A stretch of DNA of 64,000 nt from Marsupella aquatica (taxonomy: Eukaryota > Plantae > Marchantiophyta), in assembly GCA_973895155.1 (NCBI GenBank), contig OZ316891.1:31193112-31257111 (forward strand), in the 5' to 3' direction. Within the stretch, counting starts at the first letter, position 1. The number at the start of each line of letters is the position of its first letter. Under the pieces are notes generated by a model. The model was not told the DNA's origin and did no database searches. It was given only the letters and a program-made list of their open reading frames with translations. Of the stretch, positions 33,369 to 46,662 are shown in pieces. Both the position numbers and the translations under genes were made by a program.

Positions 33369-35728
33369 CATCAAAGATGTATAGGCATCGTTTTATCTAT
33401 TTGACAAGTAGTTAGTGAAGTTTTTGAGTATTTTAATGCAAGTTTTCTGAAATTTATGACAAAAAGCATCTTATCCAGAAGTACCTTAACCAGAGCGATG
33501 CAACTTTCCTGTCACGACAATAAAATAGCAATGTCCGTGAAAAAAATTTGAATTCAATGCGTTTTGCAAAAAGATTCACAATCAAAATTGAGCCAAATAT
33601 CTTTAAAAATTTGCACCCTCTTGTAACACAGCTTGACTTTACAGATAGATGTATTGTACATAGCAAATAAAAATTCTAGGCCTTTCTTTAAGACCAGAGG
33701 GAAACACCACCTAGGAATCAAGGCCGCACAACTGACCAAGAAGTTAGGTCCTCAATTGAAACGTGTCCCAACTAACATTTTATTTTCAATTCAGACAATA
33801 CTTTGAGACAAGTCACCTTTCCATGAGTGGACATAAGTAAGGAAATGATAAATTCCTATGTTGTGTGCTATGAACTTTGATATTCACAATGTAAGGTTTA
33901 CTCATGCATCTTCAGCACCCGCCTCTTTGGCTTGGGTAAGAAAGAGAAAGGGGAGATCTTTGGAAAGGAAACCAATGGGGTATCAAAGTCCTGTGTATGG
34001 AAAGAAAAATAAAAGGAAATCTAGGGAATACCCTAAACCCTCTGTTTCTTGTAAACCCCCTAATTTCCTATTTCCACTAATTAGTAAACTTGAGGCTTGT
34101 CTGAATGGAGAGACATTATCCCTGACCAACCCCAAGGATGAAGTAAAGTCATCAGCCAGCTCGAACCAAAATGAAAAAAGGACCAGCTGCATTTTGAGTG
34201 ATGTTGGGAATGACAGTTCACTTTTGTGAAGGACACTATGAGTAGTTTGGTCCTGAGCAGCAAAGGATGCTTCAGCTCTTTGTTGTTGTTTTGTTGTCAC
34301 AGACTTTAATTTGCTCCGTAGATCACTCTTTTATATGGACAGAAAATATTTTTATTAGCAAAAAACAATCAATGGTATAGATTTCAGTAGAGACCAAATC
34401 GACGGCCGGGAAGGTTTGAATTTGATTTATTTTTCATTTGAAATCTATTCAACCATTTTCAAAACGGAAAAAAACCCGTCCGTAGATCTCCGTAGATCTT
34501 TCATTTGAGCCATAGATCGCCCACTAAAGTGGACGGATGAGATTCAAAGAGATGATAAGGGCAGAAGGCTCAGGTATCCTCTTCCCCCTGACATTCAAAA
34601 TTTGAATTTGACCAATCATATTCCACCATTTGTTTTTCCATATTTTCTCACAAAATATTGAATCTTTTTGTGTCATTTTTTTGTGGGACGTAGATACGTC
34701 TTGAACCATAGAACGGATCGGATGGCATAGGATAGGCGTAGCTATAAGTGAAAATCCAATGGCTCAGGAGAGGCGCAGCTGCTCTTCCAGATGATCGGGC
34801 CACACATGAGGGAAATTCTGAGAACTCCAGGTAACTCGGAGTCTCTGGTAGTAGTACTTGCGGTTTAACAAATGATGCATGACAACAACACTAAATTTTG
34901 TCCTCACAGGGATTGAGATAAGGCCAAAACATCCCATTTTTGCAGTGTGGAAACACTGCTTAAACTACTCTAACTGAAACAGGCTACAGATCACATGTGG
35001 GTCAAAAGCGTAAATGGTGCTACCCGAGTTTATTTTGAAATTCCAAGAAAATACATCTGAGCTTTGTCAATCCATGAAAGCTTTAGAGGCCACATCTCAG
35101 TCCATCAGAGAATTAAAATATACTAATTAGATGTAACAATAAACAGCCCTTGCTACAATCTAGCTCTTGCTATACCTACTGTAGATAGAAGGCACCCAGT
35201 TCCACTACTTACTAACCCCCATGGGAAGCTCCTTTGAAAATCCCTGGAAGCATGTGCTGCCCCATCAGCACTAGTGGTCACAAACAAGAAAGGCTTGTTA
35301 TGCAAAAAGTACCAAACAAGACTGTGTGTTTGAGACAAAGAAACAAAACAGTTAGACATTGGAACCGGACAAACAAATGCATGGAAAACTGCAAAATAAC
35401 TTTTCAAATAAACAAAGAAATGGTGAAAAGGGGGGTCAAATATATCAGTGTTTTCCAGTAGGTTGTATGAGTTTTCTATTTAATTAGCAATTTTGGAATG
35501 ACCACGGGAAACTCTTCAACGACTGTAACGTTTACCACGGTATCGTAACAAACCCTTCGGCTACTCTGGACAAAAGAACACCAAGGGAGCATAAGAAACC
35601 CATCAACTACTTATGGATAAAAGACTACCAAAGGAATGTAAGAAACCTTTCGGCTTCTAAAACATGCATGGACAGTATGCGCATATGAGTACCAAGGGAA
35701 AGAAACCCTTTGGCTTCTATAACATTTT

Positions 35729-35910
35729 GCATGGACTCTGTGGACATAGGAGTACCAAGGGAAAGTTGTGCATGGACTTACCATGAATAATCTACTTTTT
35801 TCCCCTCTCATCTCCATAGCATGGACTCTATGGACATAGGAGTAACAAGGGAAGGTTGTGCATGGACTACTACCATGAATAATCTATTCCCCCCCCCCCT
35901 CTCATCTCCA
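35729..35910. repeat. ~90-bp tandem duplication
   Basis: GCATGGACTCT.TGGACATAGGAGTA.CAAGGGAA.GTTGTGCATGGACT...TACCATGAATAATCTA...CTCTCATCTCCATA twice. Confidence 0.8.
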
Positions 35911-36286
35911 TATTCAAACCTATTCCAGTATGCAACTCTTCAGGTGCTATAATTTGGTTGTTCAATAACATCTACACTTATAATAAGGGTTCCCCTTTTT
36001 TTGTTGGTCCCAACACAAAAAAGCTCTTGGGAGGGAAAAATACACAATCGTTGGATTCGATTGACTGTTTTCCCTGACCATTGACAGAGGAAATGTGCAC
36101 CCTGACACATATGTCCTTCCCGCTGTCCCATAAATGCCCCGGCCCTACTCCCTATGGGCTGGCCCTCTCCGTGTCGTGCAACCCAGGGGCATAGGGCTTG
36201 TCCAACTTAAATAACCAAGGGGTCCTCGGACCTAATTAGGTGAACTAATTAGGTGCTAAGGAGTAATAGCCCTTTGTCCATCTAGG

Positions 36287-36494
36287 GAGGTATTTGCTTG
36301 ATCGACCCCCAAAATGAAACTTGTTACTTGATCACCCCCTGAGGTCTATCAATGGTCCAGATCTGAGATAGAAAGGTCCATCAACGGTCCATATTGGGGA
36401 AAAGTATTGATCAACTGTCCATATTGGGGAAAAGTATTGAGGGGGTTCATTAAGCAAACTTTTTCCAAAAGGGGGTCTACTAATCATATCTCTC
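36287..36494. mobile_element. Mutator-type MITE (208 bp)
   Basis: Termini GAGGTATTTGCTTGATCGACCCCC and GGGGGTCTACTAATCATATCTCTC. 10-bp TSD TCCATCTAGG at 36277-36286 and 36495-36504. Confidence 0.85.
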
Positions 36495-36579
36495 TCCATC
36501 TAGGGCACCCAAGTGCTGGCTCGTTGGTACGAAACGAAAAGAAGTAGCATTGGTGAACTGGCGTTATTAGCCCTTCTCG

Positions 36580-37130
36580 CAGTGTTGGCGTTCCCTCTCG
36601 TTGTGCTCTCTGTGTTTCTCACTGTGTCTTTGGGAGCTCTCGTTTTCAGTCACACCCACAGTACGTTGAAGCATTTTGTGGAAGCTCCGCGCAGCGATCT
36701 TAGCTCTGCCAATCAACCTTATGTCTCTCGTTCGTTCAAGTCGTTCGCAACTGTGTCGAAGCATTTTCCTAGGCTCCTGCAAAAAAATCTTGGCTTGTCC
36801 TAGCACTCTGTCTCATTTTCGTTCGCTGCTACATTTGGTTGAAGCAGTTTGTCAAATCTGAGCGCAGAAATTTTAGCTTTACAAACGCTCTGTCTGTGCA
36901 CTGGCTTTTGAAGCATTCACTGATCTTTGAATGTTTACTAAAATCTCTACAACGATGGCTCCTGCAGTTCTCTCTGAGGCAATCGGGACCCCCGGATATG
37001 TTGGTCTAACAAGCAGCCGAGAGAATGAAGAAGCTCGCCCGTGCGATTCTCCCTGTGGACTAGGGCCCTGGGGACGGTGGACAACAATTTTGCTAGAGAG
37101 AGACTCACTTCCCTGGGGAATTTTTAGCAC
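36580..37130 (+). repeat. Upstream/5'-leader region of the SET gene; paralogous to 10145-10740
   Basis: Shared collinear blocks listed under the 10145-10740 feature. Confidence 0.8.
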
Positions 37131-37413
37131 CGCCTGTTAAAGGCATCGGCGGGAACTGCAGCTATCTTCATAAAAGTGGGGGTCTTTCTGTTTTACTGAC
37201 AAAGTTTCCAAAGCAAGTAATGGCAGGAGGTCAAGTGCGCAAAGTAAGAATTCCTTACTTTCTTGACGTTTGAGGGGTTCAATTAAGTTTTATCTGGGAG
37301 ACTTGGGCTTTAGTTTTGAGTTGCCTGTAGTGTTGTTTTCAATGGTAAGGGTTTTGGCTTCAGAATGCATGCTGGCTATCCTAGATTGACTTCGCCATCT
37401 GAAAACGATGTAG

Positions 37414-39170
37414 ATGTGGGACAAATTATTGAGCCCATTCAAGCAAGTGCATAAACGACAACTGCAGCATGAAATTGACACACATCGCCTCTTTCTTCTT
37501 ACGAGGTATTTGTGCTTGCTTTGTGGTGATACCCTTGTTCTGACAAGATCACCATTTCTGTCGTAAGTTCAGGGTTGAAATCTGCTTAACAAGGTGGGAG
37601 TAAAAAGGATAGCTTCTGTTTTAAGTATGGAGTACCTTTTCGCATTTTTTGAAGTGCCCTGCCATGTACATCTCGTTGCCATTACTTGGGACAAATAAGG
37701 GTAATAAGGTTGAAAGTGTCCTGAGTAGAGCTGATTGTTCTATAAGCTGGTGAAGATTTGGTAGTTTGCGAGCAATATATTGGGATGCCAATTAAAGTGC
37801 TTTTGTTCTCCTGTGCTCTCTCGTCATGAATTTAATATCTGTCAGCTATAATCGGCTGGGAGCTCCAGGAGGAGAGGAGACAGCAGAGGAGATTGAATCC
37901 ATTGCCAACAGCACGCCTTTCAGTGCTCAGCAGGTCGAAGTACAAAACAATGTTCACCAACAAATTGCTGCAGTTGCTGAAATTTTGGACAGTGTTCTCC
38001 TCAAGACTCCAAGGACAAGCGACGTGAAGCCCAAGAAATGGCACAGCGGATTAAGTTTTGCAGTAGGAGGAGTTACTCCACAACCTAGGTACCTGTTTAC
38101 TCTACTTTTCAGATGGCTTGTGTTGTCATGTCTGCCTCTTATGAAATGTAACCCCAGGATTGGTTGCTGCTTCTCATATGAACTTCAGTAGATCGGATGG
38201 GGCTAACCTGCTTGGCATAGAATACAAAAGCCATTCACCATTAACTATCTCTGCTTTCATTGCATTGCGCGTTCCGGAAACCTTACACTCTGTTTTTTAA
38301 TGCAGAAGAGAGAGTTTTGAAACTCATCCACTGAGTAGAGCTGAAGTTTCGGGAATCTTACAGGAGCGTTTACGATTTACACTGGAATGTAAACCTTCAG
38401 GAATTCAACATGAGGAAGCTGGGGAAGGTCTTTTTCTTCGTGGCAGGGCAGAACCAGGAACTGTAATATCAATGTACCCTGGGGTCATATATGCTCCCTC
38501 TCAGTATCGTTTTATGCCAGGATATCCCAGGGTGGATACAGACAATCCCTATCTCATCTCAAGATATGATGGACTCATAGTTGATGGAAAACCTTGGAGT
38601 AAAGGTGGTGAAACTCGAGAGTGGTGGGATGGAAACAACACCGATGACAGTAGTGAACTTCAGCAAGATGACGCTTTTCTCGAAACTGACGTACATGAGG
38701 AGTCTGCATACAGGGGCAAGGGCAGGCACGGTCTATGGGAGTCCATTGCAGGGTCTCAACAGAGAGGGGTTATACCAATCAAGAGTGCTATACTCGAGCG
38801 ACGAAATCCACTGGCATTTGGACATTTTGCTAATCATCCTCCAAAGGAAACTAAGCCAAATGTGATGATATGTCCGTACTCCATCAGCGAACCAAATGAG
38901 ATTATTAGACCGTATATTCCAAATCTTGTTTTAGCAACAGAGGAAGAGCAGATGGAACGACGGGGTTTACTGTGGATGAAGGAAGGGAACGAATCCGAAG
39001 ACTACATTAATAAGACTTCAAAGAGTGAAATACGCACCCTCGTACTTGTTGCTACACGGACTATTGAAGATGAAGAAGTGCTATTAAACTATAGACTCAG
39101 TTCCCACATTAGGACGCCTACCTGGTTTCATCCTGTTGATGAAGAGGAGGATCAAAGGCGATGGGAATGA
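37414..39170 (+). CDS. Plant SETD9/C5orf35-like SET-domain protein, 3 exons (37414-37505, 37846-38088, 38306-39170)
   Basis: RQLQHEIDTHRLFLLTSYNRLG N-terminal motif, GEGLFL.G, YPGVIY, NPYLISRYDGLIVDG, GHFANHP...PNV, EEVLLNYRLS and PVDEEEDQRRW. Introns are in-phase GT-AG. Confidence 0.9.
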
Positions 39171-42100
39171 CATACACCCACGACAAGTCAAGATCCAATT
39201 TTTTGCTACCACGAAATTCTTAATTCTTTGATCATGTGTGAACATTGATTCTCAACAAAGTCTAATTTCACGATGAAAGTTCTCTATGGATAATGTGAGC
39301 CTTCGAAGGCTATCTGTTTCTTTTCAAACCTGTATAAACGCGGGAATGATGCACAGCTCACTGACGTAATCGTTGGATGGCTGGAGCAAAAATAACCGAA
39401 GAGTGCAGAGATTCCATAAACCTGTTCATGGCATCATTACTAGCTCTGGACTGCCATTTAGAGAATATAATTGAAAAGAACGTGAGATTGTTGAGCACTG
39501 TTGATAATAATTTCCGAGTTTTCATTCATTTGAGGACAACCGTAGCTAACTGTAGTTTGCGATTGTGGCCACCAATGGTCGACATAGGGAGGATGGTGGA
39601 GAGACGACGTAGAATAGTCATCAACGTGAATAATCATCAACCTGTACATACATCATTGACAGACACAATCCTCATGCAATGGTAAGAGTAAAAGCTAGGA
39701 GGGATCCATAGAATCCATAGAATTTTATTATCTACCTACTAATGATGAAAAACCTGTAGAAGATTCGTTCCATCCTCGATGTGCCAATAATGAGCGAGTT
39801 GAGTGTTCTCAATGATTGAAGTCATTACGAAGTTGAGACTAATCTCGGGAGTGAGTTTTCCTCAATGCGAATGGCCTAGGGTGTTTAAACAGTGTACGAA
39901 AAACCTAGAGAGTGAGTTTTAATCTTCATGTAAAGTAACACGGATCAGGAGACTTTGGGGGTTTTCTCCTTCGTTTGCGATAATGACAGATGCTGTGAAC
40001 AAGTCAGTTTTCGCCTCAATCACAAATAGACTAATGCAAAATCGCTTGATGTGATTAAACGAGAAGTGGAAGACATACATTAGACCTAGCCATCCAAGCA
40101 GTCAACCTGTGTCTAACTCGTGTCACCTCCCCCCGTCGTCTTTTGACGTAAATTTTTCTGTAAGTTTTAAAAAAAAGTATGTCTGAATACAGATTCCCTC
40201 CGCAAGACGCCAATGAAGACATCGCGTGATGACAAATTTCGTGTTGGCCGAAGAGTTGGATTCACAGAGCTTGGGGAAGGGTATGCTTGGATGATCTGGC
40301 AGCACATTTGGAATATTTGAGCTCCAATCACTTCGTGTCAATGTTTGTGGGTGGAGAATTACTATTTCTGCAAGACTTCCGTTGAATCAAAATAATGCAA
40401 CTGCCAACTGCAGGCAGCATAATATTCGAGGGGTGGGGACACCAGGTGTTTGCGAATCCTCCTTTCTACACCATGCGAATGTTAAGGGCCGTAGCTGCTT
40501 TTTTCAGTTCTCACCCAGATAAAATCTGGGTTGTTTCTAACAACTGCCCCAATATCAGGGCCCCACAATTTATTTTTGTTTCCTCTGAGACTAAATCTGG
40601 AAACCATACTGAATGAGATTGCCTTTACAGGAACTGGTGGCCCAGTGAAATATGGTGTACATAGATCCTACATGCGGAGTAGTGGGCCCAAGTAAAAGTT
40701 GATGTGGGGTGATTATTTTGTCACCCAGGAGGTGATCCAAACATTTCAAAACTTTGGCTGCTTCATTCAAAGTGATTTGCATTTGAAAAGTTCTACTCAA
40801 TGGATTTGCATTTGAAAAGTTCTTTGGTCTGGACTCTACCTTTAGAACAAAAGGTAGTTTGCCAGTTTGATGTAGTAAAAAAAGTCACAAGTGCCCTCTA
40901 CTTCTTGTAAGAGCAACTTCAACCCTTACTGAAGCCTTTCTGGAACTGTGTTGACCAAAGTCAGAATCTAAAATAGCAGAAGTGATGTCCAACCCCCTCA
41001 CTGTAACACTAAAGAATTTTCAAGCACCGGGTTTTTTAGTTAGTGGATGTATTAGTCAACATTAGAGTTTTCCCTAAGTTGTAGAAGGCTGGTGAGGTGG
41101 GTCATTTTGAGTTGGGTTCAGGGTGAGTTAAAGTCTCAGCCCAACATCAACTTTTATGTGTTTAAATAAGGGTCGAACTAACTAAGCCTTCCAAGAGTGG
41201 CTTTACTCTAAATTATCCAGAATTGTCATGTCTAACTTTGCACGATGCAATAGAAATTTTTGCAAGTAGTGAGCAGGAGAGAGTAGGATTTAGAGAGAAG
41301 AAAGGTCAAGCATGGAGTGACAAGAGAGAACTATCAGGATTGAGGCTACATGTGTGGTGACTAAGGAGATGGAAAGTCCAAGTGTGATGATCCTTGCTGT
41401 TGATGAAGAGCTCACATACTTGCATACAATCTGATGGGCCTAGAGTACACTTTGATGAACCGGTTCAAGCCTCCTCACCTCTGTAAATCAAGGCAATGAC
41501 TGTTGTATTCATTCATGGCCCACGCCATCACAACATCCCACAGGGAAGGGGGGTGCTTGGCTATGGTGGAAGTCAATGCTGCTAAATGTGCCCATGCCGC
41601 ACACCACACAGACTATTCTCACTACCACATGTTCTATACAAAAGCATATTAAAGGAGACCTTGTAACCCAACCTTAGTTTTGGTGAGTTAACAGCCCTAA
41701 TGGGTGTTAGTCTTTCTCTACTTAAGTCACTACACTTCTCTACCTTTCTATTGGGTTAGTTGTTGGGTTTTTAAGATTGTAATTTGGGGTAGTGTGAAAC
41801 TGATTTCTACTGTGGAGTTATCTTGAATGGGCTGGCGTGAGTTTTATTTCAAAGTGACTGGACTTAGTACAGTGCATGCAAAAGAGGGTGTTGTCAGACC
41901 TGGTACTTGATCCTCAAGGTGACCAAACGTACCCAGCAACCTTTGTAGATTTCTAAAGCAACCTTAGCTGTACAACAAAGAGTTCTTGTATGATGCAAGC
42001 AGACAAAAATTGTTGGTAGCTAGGAGAGTATTGTTAGTGAGTCAGGAGTGGTTCTCAATGTCATTTCAATTTTGTTGGCTTGTGTTTCTAGTGCATTTCT

Positions 42101-42416
42101 AAGACTCCCTATGGCTGACGAGTTTGCTAGCCAAAAGAGGAGTCCCAAAATTGGGTTTAACAAACCATGTTTTGGCTAGCTAAGGACTTTGTTTGCTACT
42201 TCGTCCACCCAATTAGTGTTAGTCACACTAATTGCATAGCCCTTCAAATTTTACATCTCACATAAAATATGCTACTCCCATTATTTCAGGTGTCCCTCTA
42301 ATTTCAGGTCACATGAAGTCAAACTTTTGGTTTCACTAATTGAGGTGTTGGCCTTGAATATACTGCACACTGAGAATAGAGGCATAAACTGAGACTCAAG
42401 GGGACTCAATGAGAGT

Positions 42417-42622
42417 CACTCTAATTTTGGTGTCACAATAATTATATACATATACTGTTCACAGTGGTCTAAGCTGGGTTTTTTTCTTGGTAACAGGGAA
42501 ATTTCCCCTGTTTGCTTGCATGTAAAAAAGACCATCAGTTTAACGACACCCCAAAGTTCGACTTTGGCGTCTTGCAATAAAGTCCCACCTTTTAGTAATT
42601 TAGTGACACCCAAATTAAAGTG
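42417..42622. mobile_element. Possible small foldback element or MITE (~205 bp)
   Basis: Imperfect inverted ends CACTCTAATTTTGGTGTCACAATAATTA and TAATTTAGTGACACCCAAATTAAAGTG. No TSD evident. Confidence 0.4.
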
Positions 42623-42940
42623 CCACTTTGACTTCTTGTAAAACCACGCTTAGGTGTAAACCAAAGACCACCAGCTTTAATGACACGAGGAAAGTTCGAC
42701 TCAAGATTCGACAGATGGGAGAAATTGAAAATGTGCATTGGACGAAGGCGAGCTGGTGAGTGAGTGAGCGAGGGAGAGGTCGATTCTCTGGGTGTCGAGG
42801 AAACAATCGAAGCACAGATTTTGGGGGAATGGACACGGCTAACAGCCGAAGCACAGATTTTGGGGAACGGACACGGTGAGACAGAAAACATGCATGGAGG
42901 AGCACCAAGGATACCCGGGTCGGAGGAAAAGGAAGAAAGT

Positions 42941-43160
42941 ACCAGTGGCTGGAGATTGATCCTGTACAGTAATCTCTGGAGGTTGATCCAGTAATGTTGT
43001 CACCAGTGGCTGGAGCTTGATCCTGTACTGTAATCTCTGGAGATTGAGCCAGTAATGTTGTCACCAGTGGCTGGAGATTGATTCAGTACTGTAATCTATG
43101 GAGATTGTGGCTGGATTGATCCAGTACTGTAATCTATGGAGATTGATCCAGTAACGTTGT
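42941..43160. repeat. Tandem repeat (~27-33-bp subunits, ~60-bp period) immediately 5' of and overlapping the start of the PLATZ-like ORF
   Basis: Repeated TGGAGATTGATCC.GTA.TGTAATCT / GTTGTCACCAGTGGC. Confidence 0.85.
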
Positions 43161-43852
43161 CACTGGGCGTGGAGCATTCAGTAGAAGAAAAGAATTTGGG
43201 ACACGGTGAGGCAGAAGGCATGGAGTACCTAGTGGACCCGTCGGATGTGAAGGAAGACGAGTGCGAGACAATGGAGATTGATCCGGGACTGCTACTGACA
43301 AAAGGCCACATCTCGTGGCTCTTCCGCTTCGTCTACTCCGTTTCCGCGAACCCGGCTGATCAGCCGATCATATTTTGTGTCAATTGTAGCCGGTACTTGG
43401 AGCCGCGTGAGCAAGCTACGAGCCATAGCTCCCAGCACCAACCCTTGGGAGGTGAACACCACCTCTACCCACCGATTCTCGTGCAGCGTAGGAGTAACGG
43501 AACCGGCGAAGTTGATTATTATGTGAGCGTCCAAGCGTTGAAAGAAGTTCAGGTGCCAATTGGAGATGTATTGTCTCACTTGCTACCAGATCCTCTTCCC
43601 TGGCTAATTCAAATGAGTGGGGGGCCTGGAAATAACTTGGCCAGGTGTTTGTACTTGCACCCGAGGAATTCAAAAGAGGAAATGTGGCAAGGGGAAATGC
43701 TGTCCGGGAGATGTGCCTATCGAGACTGCGAAAAGATCTTCAATAACAGACAAAGCCATTTGAGATTATATGGGATTACGCCACAGTTTTGTTCAATCAG
43801 CTGCAAGGTCGAAAGCGCCTGGCTCTGCTGTAATACAAGCTGTAACGACTAA
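43136..43852 (+). CDS. Divergent PLATZ-like zinc-binding transcription factor (possibly spliced onward after ...SCK at ~43807)
   Basis: IFCVNC...H...H...ILVQRRS...YVSV...LIQM...ARCLYLHPR...CAYRDCEK...QFCSISCKV follows the PLATZ pattern (CxxC...QIRRS..IQTY..N.A.V.FL..RP...CxxC...FCSLxCK). Confidence 0.65.
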   Translation: MEIDPVTLSLGVEHSVEEKNLGHGEAEGMEYLVDPSDVKEDECETMEIDPGLLLTKGHISWLFRFVYSVSANPADQPIIFCVNCSRYLEPREQATSHSSQHQPLGGEHHLYPPILVQRRSNGTGEVDYYVSVQALKEVQVPIGDVLSHLLPDPLPWLIQMSGGPGNNLARCLYLHPRNSKEEMWQGEMLSGRCAYRDCEKIFNNRQSHLRLYGITPQFCSISCKVESAWLCCNTSCND

Positions 43853-45773
43853 GCCACGATGCAAGTAATCACAGTACTTTTTCTTGGGGTGCTGAATCAA
43901 GAGCTGTTCGATTCACGCCCAGGCAACGATGGGACCTCCCAGATCAATTTTCTGAGCGGTGAACAATCTTAGCCCACCAAGTCTGCAACCTGGTTTTCTG
44001 ATTGATTCTTCTACCAGGAGTTGTATTCGCTTTGACAATTGGATCCACTTGGAGTTGCATAGACTGCAGCATCTAGACAATTGGCTGTCTGAGGTTTTCT
44101 TCGCATGCTTCTGGACTTGTCTGTTTTAGAAGGAGCGAAAGGACATGGATTGTCCCTCCAGGAGAACCGCGATGTCACTGGGAAAATTCAGTACGAGTGT
44201 TTGCATGCGTCCTGAGTCGTGGAGTACAAATCAACATAGGGAGACCATTTTGACCACTTTGATAGATGTACATACGTAGACCGTGAAAGTGGTACAGTAA
44301 CTCTGCGTCGATGGACCCCCCCACGAGTCACCTTTCTATTGTATATTGATATTTCGTGTTGAAGTGTATTTTTATGTGTCCCAACCCTCAACCTTAGATT
44401 AACGACAAGTTACTCTGGTAACGCCATGCTATGTCACAGTGTGACAAGTACATATTGAAGCAGAACAAAGGTTCCATTTTTGGGTACATTATTCCCTGTG
44501 GAATTAGTAGCGAACAAGAATTGCAGAGAAATGGCGGACTGTATAGATTCTCGTAATGCTCCATTTCTTTTCTGCATTCTGTGGAACTACTGTAATTGGA
44601 AACAGGAATTGGGGAGAAGTTGGTGACTGTGTTGATTCCACTGATGGATCTCACGAAAATTAATGGTTCTGAAGAATGGATCAACAGCATTTCGATGGCA
44701 TGTTTAAGAAATTACTCCGTACCATTGTCTAGTCAGTATCTCCGCTGGAGCTCTCCAGTCTCCGCTGAGCAGCACGAGAAACCGCTGCAGTAGTAACCCT
44801 TATGATTGCTATCTCAGAAAGTCACGTTTGGATTGCCTCACCATGTTCAAGTCTTACCCAGCTTTATTCGGGGCTTTATTTCGAACATCGACTTTCGCAA
44901 ATCAGGTCATCGCCGATGATGACTTCCGAGATCAATGTAAATCTCGCTCTTGGATCAGTTTTCGAGGTCCACTCCAATAGTCTCGGCTGATAGACCCCAT
45001 CCGCATACAGTGATCCACTCTGAAGCCATTGGAGTGGAGCGACTTTGTATATCATCAGAATCTGTATTCCAATCGAAAAATCACCGTCGAACATTGACAG
45101 CAGAAGTGCCAAAAACTGTGTCTGCGCGATACACAAGTTCTCTCAGCTTCAATCTGTTAACATTCATTTCAAGAATTGCTCAAGCTTTCTTCGCTAACCA
45201 TATTCTTTCAATGTGATGAGACTGAGATTTGTTACAAGAAAGTCTCAAGTTGTGTTGCGCTAACCAAGGTCAAGAAACACAGGAAGGGTTTTTCGGCTTG
45301 CTCCCACAATCCCAATCAGCCTGACAGCTTCTTTTCCAAGGGGCATCGTGGTCTATGCAGACTTGACCAAATCTATGCATCTGCAGGAGATCATAATCAT
45401 AGTAAATTTGAGGTCTCTTCCACCATCCTGCCCAGGAGCTCCATGTGTGTCATGGACCCACTCTCAGGTACCCGGCTGGTTCCTTTACTGGCCGGTCTTA
45501 CTGATTGTGCCACTCCCAGTACCGTAGTTACAGTAGATCCCTGGTTTAGCCTCCTCTCTTTGGTCTTCCTGGGTCCTGACCCCTTTTGTGGGCCACCCGT
45601 GTTTAATGCCGGTTTTTGTAATGAATTTCAATTGGTGTATTAGTGAAGGCGGAAAAAAAGAATCTAAAGAACAAAGATTGCAGATTGTGACTTCTATATC
45701 TTGGTGGTGCGTGCATAAACCTGGCAAATACAATAGTTGAAAGCCAGCTCCAAATCTTCGGACAAGGAATTCA

Positions 45774-46045
45774 ACCTCAATCGTTCAATATCTTAGTCAG
45801 CACCAGGGGAATTAAAATGTACAAGCTTCTGGTCTTGAGCTTTGTCCAAATGTCCAAATTTTCACTTTCTTTGTGCGAAAGGAATAGATAAATGTTGGGT
45901 CAGATTTTCTTACCTCAATAGTTCAATATCTTAGTCAGCACCAGGGGAATTAAAATGTACAAGCTTCTGGTCTTGTGCTTTGTCCAAATGTCCAGTTTTT
46001 CACTTTCGTTGTGGGAAAGGAATAGATAGATGTTGGGTCATATTT
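45774..46045. repeat. ~138-bp near-perfect tandem duplication
   Basis: ACCTCAAT.GTTCAATATCTTAGTCAGCACCAGGGGAATTAAAATGTACAAGCTTCTGG...ATGTTGGGTCA twice. Confidence 0.9.
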
Positions 46046-46662
46046 GCTGTAGGTTTGAATGTAGTGGACAAATCGTCATGTAGGCCCCTACCTACATTGG
46101 AACTTACGCATCAATTCCTCATCCTTGGCCCAAACGCTGACAAACCTAATTAGAGGCGGATAAATCTTCAGTAAACTTATTGAGACTTAACCCCCTCCTC
46201 TCTTGCTTCCTTTGTAGTTTCAGGGGAGGTCCCCAGCCATAACCCCCTCGCCAACCAGCCAACCTAGTCTCGACATTTTATTTGAAAGAGTGTCAGGGGC
46301 TGCACTTGCTAACCCATGGCCTATTGGGGGGGCATGGCTGTTTAAGGGATTTAAGCCCATAGCCCCCCCCAGGCCGTTGGGATACCCTACAGGTTCGATA
46401 CAAGAGTGACCAATATCTTAAGTTGAGAGTTCATTGAACTTGATTGAGACCTTTAATATCAAAATAATAAATGAAGTTTGAAGTCCAGGGTTTTTTGAAA
46501 GTATGTACAATACGATCTTAGAGTGTGGCTAAGTTCAAACTCTGTGATGGTGTTGGGTCTCATGAATAGAGTCTTAGTGTTACCACCGCTGATTCGTATA
46601 TCATAACCCAGGTTCAAACTCTTAAGAAAGTTGTTCATCATTTCCGAGCGCACCCAAAGCTA

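Noticed and set aside
39377-39685. 102-aa ORF downstream of the SET gene
   Set aside because: No recognisable motifs; probably 3' UTR or intergenic.
40908-40925. TAA+GAGCAACTTCAA, resembling a PIF/Harbinger TIR
   Set aside because: No matching opposite TIR with a TAA/TTA TSD was found.
44394-45733. Cluster of short overlapping ORFs between the PLATZ-like and TPR genes
   Set aside because: No family motifs or consistent exon chain could be established.
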